From the human T2T-CHM13v2.0 reference genome, Homo sapiens, in NCBI RefSeq assembly GCF_009914755.1, contig NC_060929.1: a stretch of 64,000 nucleotides of DNA; one strand, given 5' to 3'. The translations under genes and the position numbers were made by a program. How positions within the stretch are numbered: the stretch's first letter is position 1; every line of letters begins with the position of its first letter. The notes beneath the pieces were generated by a model that worked only from the letters and a program-made list of their open reading frames with translations, was not told where the DNA came from and ran no database searches. Shown here piece by piece: positions 42,041 to 53,545 of this stretch.

Positions 42041-42379
42041 TAATGTATAAGGCTGTGATATTTTAGATATGCTCATTTTTATTTATAATAATTGCACAAT
42101 GTTAATTAAAGCATGTGTGCTTCATTGACACATTTCTAAAGAGAAATGGCAAGTAATGTTTTTTATAACAGAATATTTTTTGTTTTTTTACAAACAGAAT
42201 ATTAATAGACAAGTGTCTTAGTCTTATTCACCTCCACGGACACATCATAGGTAAAAGAAAGTTATCTAACTACTAAATCCACAACATAAATTAGTCCTAA
42301 TAGCAGAAGGAATTTTTCAAATATAGAGAATTAAAAATATTTACTTCCTAATTTGCAGGTATGGGATAACACAGTGAAC

Positions 42380-42830
42380 CATTATTTTCCCAATGACTAA
42401 TGACTGATGACGCAAAAATCATACCTAGGTAAAAGATTCATTCAAAGTGCAAAATAGCCCAATGAATCTTAATGTTATAGCATATGAAAAGTTCATCGCT
42501 GAACAGATCCCAAATTGCAACTAAGCTTTAAGAAAATATTTCTTATTGATTTTTGATAGAATATCAAAGGAAACTTTGCACAATTATCTGCAAAGGCTAT
42601 CAAAATACTCCTTTCATTTTTCTGCTTCATATCTGCATAGAAATGTATTTTCTTCATATTTGTCAACAAAAACTACGTATCACAAAAGCTTGATTCCAGA
42701 AATAGATATAAAAATCCAGCTATCCCCTATTCAGACGTACTTTAAAGAGATAAGCAAGTTGTAAAACAATGCCACTCTTCTTATCTTTAGTTTTTGTTTT
42801 GGAAAATATATTTATCATAAAAATGTGCTC
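42380..42830 (+). mobile_element. Charlie1-like hAT transposon, transposase C-terminal remnant
   Basis: ORF 42546-42764 tail IPEIDIKIQLSPIQTYFKEISK resembles the hAT dimerisation domain. The DNA matches recalled Charlie1 sequence (GTAAAAGATTCATTCAAAGTGCAA; GTAAAACAATGCCACTCTT). Confidence 0.7.
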
Positions 42831-44184
42831 GTACATTAAAACAAAAATTCTGGACCCTAGCTCAGGTTTGACTTAGCTAAAACTTTACTAATCCTGGAGA
42901 TGGAGACTCTATCTATACAATATTAATAAAATTTATTGTTAACTCAAATTTCATCATAAAAACCTCATGCATTATAATGAAAATAAAAGTTGCTGAACTT
43001 TTTTTTATTTTACTGTTGTTTTTCTAAGCTCAGGCAAATTAATTTAAGCATATAGGCAAATGTCTATAAACATTTAATATCTAAAGAAAGAAAATTTCAA
43101 GTATATGAAAATGCTTAAATATATTTTGTTTTGTAAAAAATAAGGGCAAGTAGAGGTTTGCCATTTTTTCTTCTGAACTAGTATTCAAATTGTGTTCTGT
43201 TATTTGTAAATAAATAATTATTTTTGTATCTTAAAATTAATAGGCTGCCTTCTACTATAAAAATTTATCAAAGTCCAAGGAGAAAGGAAAATATGATTGA
43301 AATTCCTTAGAATACCAGAGCTGTTCTTTTTATGAAATTGAACATTCACATGCTGTTGCGCCCTTCTGCCTCTATTACAATATCCCGCCCGTTCTAGAGT
43401 AGGCTACTGGGCTACTGAAAAAAAGAGACTAAAAATATTCTTTAGTAACAGAACCATCCAAGATTTTCACAAATTGAAGAAGGGATGAGAAAGGACCAGA
43501 TAATTAAAATGGTGTTTTATTCCAAATAAAATACCATTTGGATTGCAGGAGAGATGAATTGGTATCTACCTTTTTTTAAAAAATACACACTAAAAATCTG
43601 ATAATGCTGGTAAAATAATCATGTTAAAATTATCTTCAGGAAAGAAAGTACTTTTAGCATTATGAGAAATACCAGTGATTACATGGAAATATGGCATATT
43701 ACAGATTAATAATGTTTTAATATTTGGCAGGAAAAGCTAGTTTATTCTCTAAAAATATTCATTTTTAAAATAGGAAAGGGTATTTCTTCTTTAGTTTTAA
43801 GAGTCTTGCAAAGCAAGATACTCGGTACTGAGTCCATGGCATTCTTTTTTACAATCCAGTTTGCAGAGTATCATGTTTTAAAACTGTAATTACCTTCCTC
43901 AGGTGGCAAACTTAGTTAAGGTGGTTTCTTTGAACTTTAGAAGATATTATATGAATTTCTCATCATGACATACTGAAAAGAGGTAAAAAAATCACCTTTC
44001 CTCAGATTTGGATTGTTTTCACAGATTAAATTGTGGTTATTTCCATAACTGTGCTCTTAAAAACTTCAAACTTTTCATCTCTAATAAATCTCATATATAT
44101 TATCTTACAATAAAATATTTGTGCCTTACCCCACTTTTTATAGTCTTATTCATGTAATATACATCCCATTTCCAAATAAAGATT

Positions 44185-45410
44185 GCTCATTCACCTAACA
44201 GCAGAGTTTCAAAAGGCATTAAGCAAAATCTGAGAGAACTGAAAGAAGAAATATCTAAATCCACTATTACAGTTGGAAGCATCAACACACTTCTCTCTAT
44301 AATAGATACTACCAGTAAACAGCAAATTAACAGGAATATAGAAGATCTGAAAAAAACATTTACCAACTGAATCTAGTTGATGTTTATTAAACGCCACACC
44401 CAACCAGAGAAGAATACTTATTATTTTCAAGTACACATTAAACATTCATCAAGATGAATCATGAAATAAACCATGAGTTTGTTGTCCTAGTGCACGAAAT
44501 AAATCTTACCATTTTAAAGGAACTGATATCAAACAAAGTATGCTCTATGATCATGATTGATTAAGCTAAAAATAAATAACAGAAAAATAAGAAAATATCC
44601 AAACATGTAGAAATGAAATAATATAATTTTAAACAATCCATAAATAAAGGGGAAGTCACAAGATAAATTGGAAAATATTTTTGAATTAAAGGAAAAGAAA
44701 AATACAACATACCAAATTTGTTAGATGCAGTTAAAGCAGTGTTTCTAGGAAAAGCTATAGCATTAAATGATAATATTAGACATAAAGAAAGGTATCATCA
44801 TAATCTAAGTTTCTCTCTTACTAAATTAGAAGAAGACCACAATAAACCCCAACCAAGCAGAAAACAGGAAATAATAAAGGTAAGAGCAGCAACCAAGAAT
44901 TTGAGAAAAAGAAAACAATCATGAAAATTAATGAAGCAAAAAAACTGGCTCTTTCAAAAGAGCAATAATAAATAATAAAATATCAACAAAATTGATAAAC
45001 CTTTAGCAAAACAGACAAGATAGGCAAAGAAAAAAGACTAACAAAGAAAGAAAGATACTAATAAAATCAGGAATGAAAAAAGGAAAATCAGGAATGAAAA
45101 AGGGAAATAACATTGTAGACCCCTCAGGCATTAAAGAGATGATGAGAGAATATTGTGAACAATTAACCCTACCCACATAAATCCAACAACTTAGATAACT
45201 GTCCAATTCCTCAAAATCCACAAACTATTAAAATACACCTCTGATGAATTACATATCCTAAATAGTCCAATTTAAAAATTGAACTTATGGTTTAAAACTT
45301 TCCAAAAAGAAATTTGCAGGCCCAGATTGTTTTACTGGCAAATTCCTCAAAATATTTAAGTTCTTCTTTAACAGCAATTCTACACACACTTTCAGAAAAC
45401 AACAAACATT
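44185..45410 (+). mobile_element. Ancient L1M ORF2 fragment (endonuclease-linker)
   Basis: Degenerate LLDAVKAVFLGKAIAL...KQEIIKVRA (ORF 44718-44924) and GGCCCAGATTGTTTTACTGGCAAATTC. Confidence 0.8.
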
Positions 45411-47989
45411 CATCTTTTTCCAAGATTCATTTGGAAGTGATCTTTGCATGATAATATCAAACACTGAATGTGTCAGTACCCTGAAATTACATGATAACTA
45501 TATATACTAGTGAAGAAATGTTGACAAGCAGAGATGAATTACAGATATTATGATGACAATATCATTATCAGAATTACAATGTGTCTGAGTTTTATTTATT
45601 CCATCCATATGAATGTGAGCTTGAAATGTGATCATCTGGAAAATTAAAATCTTGCTATCTACATTGCAATTAACTCGATGCATAAAGTAGAAGAACTCTG
45701 AGAAACAAAAGAAAAATACTAATATGTTGTGAAAGGAGTAACCAAAAAAACTATAATGTATGACAATGAATTGAATAATGAGAAAGGCTTTGGAAATCAA
45801 TGAACAAGTAGGAGAAATAAATACAAGCTGTGGTCGGTGTGGAAGAACACAAACACACTACAGGGCAAACCACAGGTGATAAGCAAACACACTAAATATT
45901 CTCATAAAAATTTCAATCTACTCACTTTCAGAGATAGCTTGTCTATCACACAAACTAACTCAACTAAATGTCAGATTATGTGATATTGCTATCAATGGAG
46001 ATTAAGATTAAACCATTATTTGAGGAATGTACCATAATTTGTTTCTCTAAGAGTTTAAAAATTATACTGATTAGTGATAAATTAATCATGTAAACATTTT
46101 AATAAATATTTTTCTTATTAATAGGTTATAAATTGTTGAAATTATTTTGTTAGAAACTTATGCAGAACTGAAGATTACATAGGGTTCCGGAGACTTCTCT
46201 TGCCTATTCACACTCAGTTCATTTATTTCCCCTGAATAACCAATTCAACATAGTGGATTACAATCCTTTTCATTGAAAACTCTCCTGTTCATTTCTACAA
46301 GATTTTCAGTAAAATAGCATATTGAATTGAAAAGCATATTCTTCTTTCAGTGAGTATTCATAGGTTCCAACTAGAAAGATTTCAATCAAAAGTACCTTCC
46401 AACTGATGACATAATATCATTATCAAAGGAGATATAACCATAACATTAGATGCGCATTTCTTTAATCTATTATTCTCAATCTCATCACTACACCCTTCAA
46501 AGAAATTCAATGCCATGTATTTAAAGTGTATCCTTTACACTTTTCTAAATATTCTTTCCATTATTATATTCTTACATATTCATCAAAATATATAAAATTA
46601 TATTTGAATAAAGAAATTGTATCTAGATGAAAGACAAATTATCATATAAGCTATTATTTCCAGATGCGATCTGAGTTCAGAAAGGGGTAGAAAACTTAGT
46701 AGTTTGAGGAGTACTGTGTATGCTACTACCTGTAACATTTTTCTCTATCTAGTGTATTCTTAGTTCCTGTAAATGAAAGCAATAATTTATTGTTGGATTT
46801 TACCAGATAACTCTTTAGCAAAAAACAATACAAATTATTGTATCCCTTTCTTAAATATTTATATATGCATATAAATGTATAAAAATTTTTGTGCATATTT
46901 GAAATGTATCTAAATTTATGCATTTCATTGATCAACTTCCTCCATTCATTCAATGTTGTTTTTGAAACCCATCCAGGATGATAAATATAGATGTTTAATT
47001 CTATGTATGCTCTGCATAGCTTCCTGTCATATGACTACATGTATTTTATCTGTCCATTCAGTCACTGGTGTCATTTGATATGTTCAACACTTTTGCTAAT
47101 AAAAGCAGTACCTCAATGACATTTATGTAGATATTGCCTTTATAATTCTCAGTTTGTTTTAGAAGTCAAATACTGGGCTCATCTCTGTTGGTTTCTTTCT
47201 TTTCCAAGATCTCATTCCTTTAATTTTTCATAGTCTTGTAGCTCTCTGCCTTAAGCAGAAATTGCTTAAGGTGTCCTTCAATATTTTCAGTTATTCTCAA
47301 TAAAATCAGAGTTAGTAAATTACCTCATCTGAAATTACCTAGAAGGTCCTTTACTCTTTACACTTTAAACTCTTCCTCATACTACATGTTTTATTGTATA
47401 ATTGACTATCCTGCTCTCTCTTAATTTTCTTAGCATACAGTGGTAAAAAATAGATGACGCACATGGATCCACAAAGACCTCACATACTCCCTTAACCAAG
47501 TCACGGGAGATACAAAAGAACTTCAGTATCGAAGCAATTCTTGTCAGACTTGCTACACACCTTTTCACCTATAACCAAAATACAACCCATGACTATCTCA
47601 TTCTTTCTTTCTCAAATCCAATCCCAGACTTCTTCCAAAGTACAACTACCTAGATTACAGTTGCTCAACCTCTGATACCTTGTTACCTCCTTTGCTTGAG
47701 TTATTCTGTTTCTCTGCAATATCTTGCTGACCTGTGCAACATTCTACTGAATTTACTGTAAGAAGTTATTCTTTTTCTGTTAACATAAACTTACACAGTT
47801 TCCTTTTTCAATACAATAGATTTCCATTCCAATTAATAACCACCTAATATTTCACTATTATTTTTCCCATAGTTTCTACATGTCTCCTTCATAGCAACTA
47901 TCACAGCCTATATGGTACTTTTGTTCTTGTTTGTTGACACATAATAAAATGTACATATTTATGGGGTATATGTGGTACTTTGATATAGT

Positions 47990-48140
47990 TGTATTCTAGG
48001 TTTTGTTCTTCTCTACTAGAGTGGAAACTCCATGAAAGTAGGAACTATGTCTCTCTGGAGATGCCATTGTATCTCTTGCATTTAACACATTATCAGATGC
48101 AAAGAGGACCTTCAGTAACTATTTCTAAAATTGTTAAATA
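47990..48140 (+). mobile_element. L2 3'-end fragment
   Basis: CTAGAGTGGAAACTCCATGAAAGTAGGAACTATGTC resembles the L2 terminal region. Confidence 0.5.
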
Positions 48141-48269
48141 ATTGGGTTCTTTTCATGTGTCAGTGCTGTGGATTTTAAAGTAGAGTTGAAGATCATGAAA
48201 AAATTAAACTAAAGATGAAAACCTCTTTTTAGGTACCTATTATGTAACAACAAATTTACTTAAGGTATT

Positions 48270-48445
48270 TTATTTGTTCCTTATAAAACCATATAACATA
48301 GGTATTATGATCATTTTATAGATGAGAAAATTAAGATGCAGAAAAATTCGGTAAATTCCTTAAAAATTGAGTTGCTAATGGCAGAGCTTCACTTCAATCC
48401 CATTTCCATCTGATTCTGACCTTTGACCTGTCTACTGCACCACAC
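48270..48445 (-). mobile_element. MIR SINE
   Basis: CATTTTATAGATGAGAAAATTAAGATGCAGA MIR core. Confidence 0.65.
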
Positions 48446-50359
48446 CACCCTAGGGTAAGCACTTTTGATTTATAGACAGCTTCAGATAATTTTCATGAAC
48501 CCTACAATTAAAATCATTTGAACTCCAGAGTGTCTCTCTGCCCCATCTCTTCATGTGCTGGAATGCACAAGCAGGAAACAATGGATTCCTGTCGCAAGTA
48601 CAGCAGTCACGTTGTTTGTGTTTCAATTGCCTTGTCATGAAATTGTCCAAGTTATGATTATATATCGTTTTGCCTAAAGACATCCCATCTCCATAAATCT
48701 TAGAGCTGAATTATTGGGGATACAATCAATTTGTAGATGTCACATTTAATCATATAAAACTGAAGTTTTTCTGGATTGCTGAGTCATTGGAATTGAGTGG
48801 AATGACATTTTCTAATATTTGGAAAAATAACGTATGATGAAGAGAAATGTGTAATCATGGTGTGTAATAACAGTATGACCTAAGCTATTTTAGAGTCAAC
48901 ATGTTTAATGCTCAGAGGTGGAACACAAGGTCCAAAGAGGTTAGATAATTGGCAGAATACTAAGCAGCTTGCTAATGGTGTAGCTAGCCGCATGCCAACT
49001 CACCTTCTAACACACATATTACTTATGAGTTACTGTGTTTGCTAGTGGCACAGTTAGTGGCATGCTAATCACTTTATACCATATACACCACTCATTAGTT
49101 ACTGTTTCCCAGGTGGTTTATAAATATTAACTTCTAATGTTTCAACCTAAGAGTTTCATGACTTATTTCTTCCTGAATTTTGCCTAATTTCTTCCTTAAG
49201 TTTCAATGCCTGTATTCTTATTAGGTATTTGGTTCTGTAATCTTTATCATTTCAGTACAAAATTTGTTAATTATATTAACTGCACAATAAATGTATTACT
49301 CTACAGGGTCCAATTTTTGTTCATTCCAGTAGCTATGAAAATGGAAATCCCACATAAACTTATTGGGCTTGTATGGTACAGGTCTGGACATGGGATTTAC
49401 ATAGTCCAGAAATCTTAAGAATAGTCACATTTGGAGGTCTCCAATTTGATTCAGCAGTTACGCATGAATTCCGTAAACCCTTTATTGAGCAACTATCATG
49501 GTGCAGGAATTTACTCATATAAACATGAATAATTTATATTCCTTACCAACAATAAGTTCACAGATTAGTGGAATAAATATGCAAAAGACAAATAAATTAC
49601 TATTAAATACATATTGTGAGAACTTCCTGGAACAATACAGCCCAAATGATGTGGAGAATTTTTTATTCAGTTTACTTCTCACAGGAGGCACAAGTTACCT
49701 CCTGGCACAACTATACCTTACCTGGGATGGTTCACCTGCCCATAATGGAACGCAACCTAGTAGTAAAAAGGAATGAGGAAGATCTCAATAGACTGGTATT
49801 TTACGCAAGGTGCACAAGAATGTATACAGAATGTTATCTTTTCTCTAGTAACGACAGTGAAACAAGAGTATGTGTTTACATATTTATTTGTATTAAAGGA
49901 ATAAGTACAAGTAGAAATAAGGCAAAAAATAATGAAAACCCACTATTGGAGAAAAAAATAAAAAGAATAGCTTTTCTTCATTCTTTATTTTTTAGCCCCT
50001 GAAAAGAAATTCTTCATTTTTTTAACATCTCATTTTGTATTAAGAAATAGCAGCTAAACAAATTTCTATAGTGTCATTGTTGCCTATAGAGCTTCACTAT
50101 TTCCTTATTATAGTGGTCATCATATATAAATATACATGGTTTTGTCTACTTGTAGACCACTATGTTTCTTATCCAATTTTCCTTCAGGCTACATAATAGG
50201 TTCTAGTGACTTTTCCTTCTACATTTTAATGTGTTTTCTTTCTAAGCATTTAGAAAGTAGTTACCTCATCTCTACTACTGCAGGCCACAAAAGGTTACAC
50301 TCAGAAGAAAAAAATGATCTATATTTGTGCCATTAAGGGACAAAAAAACATTTTGAAGG

Positions 50360-50900
50360 ACCATTTGCCAGCACCCACTTAAAATTTTAAATGCACAAAC
50401 TCTATGTCCCTGTAATTTTACTTGATATCTACCCTAGAAAAAAATTTATATATATACAAGGAGGCATGTTTTAAGAATGTTCATAGCAGCACTTTTTGCA
50501 ATAACAGATCATTAGAAATATCTAAATTTCCAGAAGTAGTGAAATAGATAAAATCAACTGAAGTCAACTATGTACTATGAAAGACCATGCAGCAGTTAAA
50601 ACTAATTTAGTAAATCAAAATGGAAAGATCTTTAAAATAAATTGTTGGGTGAATAAAGCACATCAGAGAGAAATATACAGACCAAGATAGCATTTCTGTA
50701 AAACACACCTTGATTGTGTATTTTTGGCAACATGTATGTTGCTGTGTAAATCCAGGGGAAAAATGACAAAATAACAACTACCATTGTAGAGAATTCTGGA
50801 AATGAAAGTGGTGATCGGGGTAGTTTTAACTATCTGTTTATATGAATGTTTTATAATGAAACACATTCATGTAGTGCTTATATATTTAAAATTAAATAAA
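50360..50900 (+). mobile_element. L1ME-like 3' fragment
   Basis: AAGAATGTTCATAGCAGCACTTTTTGCAATAAC...TGCAGCAGTTAAAA, an ORF2 C-terminal/3'UTR signature. Confidence 0.6.
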
Positions 50901-51611
50901 TGTTTTGAAGAAAAGAAAACAGATTATGAACGAGAACTGCAAAAGTCTGTGAGTTCAGAGGCTGGATAGAACTCTTGGATAACTGTGCACCGAGACTCTG
51001 CAGACACGCGGCTTCCACTAATCTATTCGCAAAGACCTTTGGTATTTTCAGAGGAGTAAAGACTCACAAAAGAGGAAGAATCTCTGTTCATGTCATACTC
51101 CTCTTACTTTTTCTGTTACTTCGTAATTCACATTTTGCAACCAGTACTTTTTATCTACTTGTTTTTATACTTTTTTGCCAATAAGGTTCCAACAAATTCC
51201 CCTATTTGTAAATATTTTATTTGGGTCTGTGTGATTGTATAACATCATGTGTTTCTCATTGATTAGGTTTGTGAGTCCGTACCTTGTATTTAATTATCTT
51301 TTCAATTGAAAAATAACTGAGTTGCATGTGATATCTGAATTTCTGCTTTTTCATGGTATTCATTTTAGTTCAATTTGCTATATTTTACATATGAAAGTTT
51401 CTATGTAAAATTCTTAGTAAAAATGACATTTTCAAGTTGTGTTCCATAGTCTTCCCACGATGCAACATGAATTGTAATTTTTAAGTTTTATTTAAATCTA
51501 TATGGAATCTTTTAAAAAGCATCACAGATTTAAATAGAAACAACAACAATCAATCAAAAATTATTTCCAAGGACATTCAGTAGGTTATGGTTAGATTCAT
51601 GACCAAAAAAG

Positions 51612-52290
51612 GATTCATTCTGTTGCTTATTGAGCATTTACTCTGTGCCAGCCATCTCCTAAAAATTGTGATACACAAACAGCCAAAAGTGACAATAAAG
51701 TTCTGCCTTTTTAAGCTTATATTTTAACATCAAGTGACAAACAATAAGCATAATGAATAATTAAATTATGCTCGGTGTATATATATGTATTAAATACATA
51801 TTATGAGGAAAAAGAGAAAAGTGAATAGAGAACAGTGGAAAAGACTGGAGGTGGGAGCAAGAAGAGCAGTTTGCAATTTTAATCTCCGGGCTCAGGGGTG
51901 ACCATTATTGAGAAGGTAGCATCTGAGCAAAGGCTTGATAGAGATGAAAGATTTTGCTGTAGTTATCTGTGCAAAAACTCAGAGATGGGATTATTTCTAG
52001 CAAAGATAAGGAATACCAAAAAGAAAAGTGGAATGAGAATTAAGTCCTAGGACATGGAAATGTTAAAAGATCAGGGAGATGAGGATCTGGCAAAGAAGAT
52101 TGAGAGGTAGAAGCCAATGAGATGGGAGAAAACCCAAGAAAATGTGTTGTTGTGGAAGCCACATGACTGGAAGTGTAACAAGCAGAAGGAGTGAAGAACT
52201 GTGTGAACTGTCATTGACAGGTAACGCAAAAAGGCACTGAGAATCACAGCCATTAGATAGAGACCATTAGGTGATGTTGGCAATTTCTAG
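51612..52290 (-). mobile_element. L2 LINE fragment
   Basis: TTATTGAGCATTTACTCTGTGCCAG L2 terminal motif, followed by a purine-rich L2 body. Confidence 0.65.
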
Positions 52291-52487
52291 AGAGTGCTTA
52301 ATAACTAGAACATTTCCAATACCATCTCCTTATACCATCTCCTTCATCCTTCCCCCCGAAAAAATATTTTCCTGAATTTTAGGCTCATCATTCCCTTACA
52401 TATTTTCATAGTTTCATCACAAACATTTGTATTCCTAAGCAACACATTATTTGGTGCTGTTTGTTTTCTGCTTTATAAAAATGTCAT

Positions 52488-52997
52488 TATATTAATCAGG
52501 GTTCCCTAGAGAAATAGAACCAATAGTATATAGAGACAGAAAGAGATTTATGATGAGGCATTGGTTCACATGATTATGGAGGCTGAAAGGTCTCGGGATC
52601 TGCTGTCTGCAAACTGGAGACTCGGGAAAGCTGTTAGTGTAATTACAGTCCAAACCAGAAGGCCTGAGAACAAAAGAAGCCAATAGTGTAAGTTCCAGTC
52701 AGAGTCTGAAGGTCCAAGAAACCAGGAGTGCTAATGTAAAAGGGCAGAAGAAGATGGATAACCCAGCTCAATCACACAGAGCAAATTCCTTCTTCTCTAC
52801 CTTTCTGTTCTATGCAGCCCTTCAACAGAGTGTGTGATCACCCTTATCAGTGAGGGTGATCTTCTTTACTCAATGTACTAATTCAAATGCTCATCTCTTC
52901 TGGAAACATCTTCACAGACTTAACCAGAAATAATCTTTACCAGCTATCTGGGCATCTCTTAGCCCAGTCAAGTTGACACATAAAATTAGCCCTCACA
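52488..52997 (-). mobile_element. Solo ERVL LTR, MLT2B-like
   Basis: TATATTAATCAGGGTTCCCTAGAGAAATAGAACC ... CAAGTTGACACATAAAATTAGCCCTCACA. Degenerate 5-bp TSD GTCAT / GCCGT. Confidence 0.8.
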
Positions 52998-53191
52998 GCC
53001 GTTAAATGTATGCAGCCCTTTCTACTCAATATACTTCCAAGCATATAACTTAGAACATCTGATAGAAGAAAACTGTAAAGCTTATTTTTGTATTTGTTTT
53101 AAGACTTTGACCTTCGGGGTCAAAGTTTTTTTCTTGAGTCAATCTTGATATAGTATTTTTGTATTTTGTATTTTTTTATTATTTTTTTAAA

Positions 53192-53536
53192 TATAAAAAG
53201 AGGTTTATACAGTTCTGCAGGCTGTACAGGAAGAATGGTGCCAGCATCTAATCTAGGGGGGACTCAGCAAGCTTTTACTCATAGCAGAAGGTGAAGCAGG
53301 AGTATGCACTTCATACAGCAAAATCAGGAGCACAAGAGACAGTGCAGAGGGGGAGGTGCCACACACTTTTAAATGACCAGATCTTATGAGAACTCACTCA
53401 CTATCACAAAGACTGCACCAAGCCATGAAGAATCCACCCCCATGACCCAAATACCTCTTACCAGGCCCCACCTCCAGAATTGGGGGTTATAATTCAATAT
53501 GAGATTTGGGTGGGGACAAATGTCCAAACTATATCA
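53192..53536 (-). mobile_element. MaLR LTR, MSTB-like, missing one terminus
   Basis: Ends CCAAACTATATCA (reverse complement TGATATAGTTTGG). Body ACAGTTCTGCAGGCTGTACAGGAAG...GAGATTTGGGTGGGGACA. Confidence 0.8.
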
Positions 53537-53545
53537 AACTTGTAC

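Noticed and set aside
49498-50002. 92-aa and 128-aa overlapping ORFs in unique DNA as a host gene
   Set aside because: No recognisable domain, AT-rich composition, and lengths compatible with chance. Kept only as a weak exon candidate.
50925-51035. Small CpG cluster (ACGAG, CCGAG, ACGCGG, TTCGC)
   Set aside because: Far too short for a CpG island, with no supporting promoter or exon structure.
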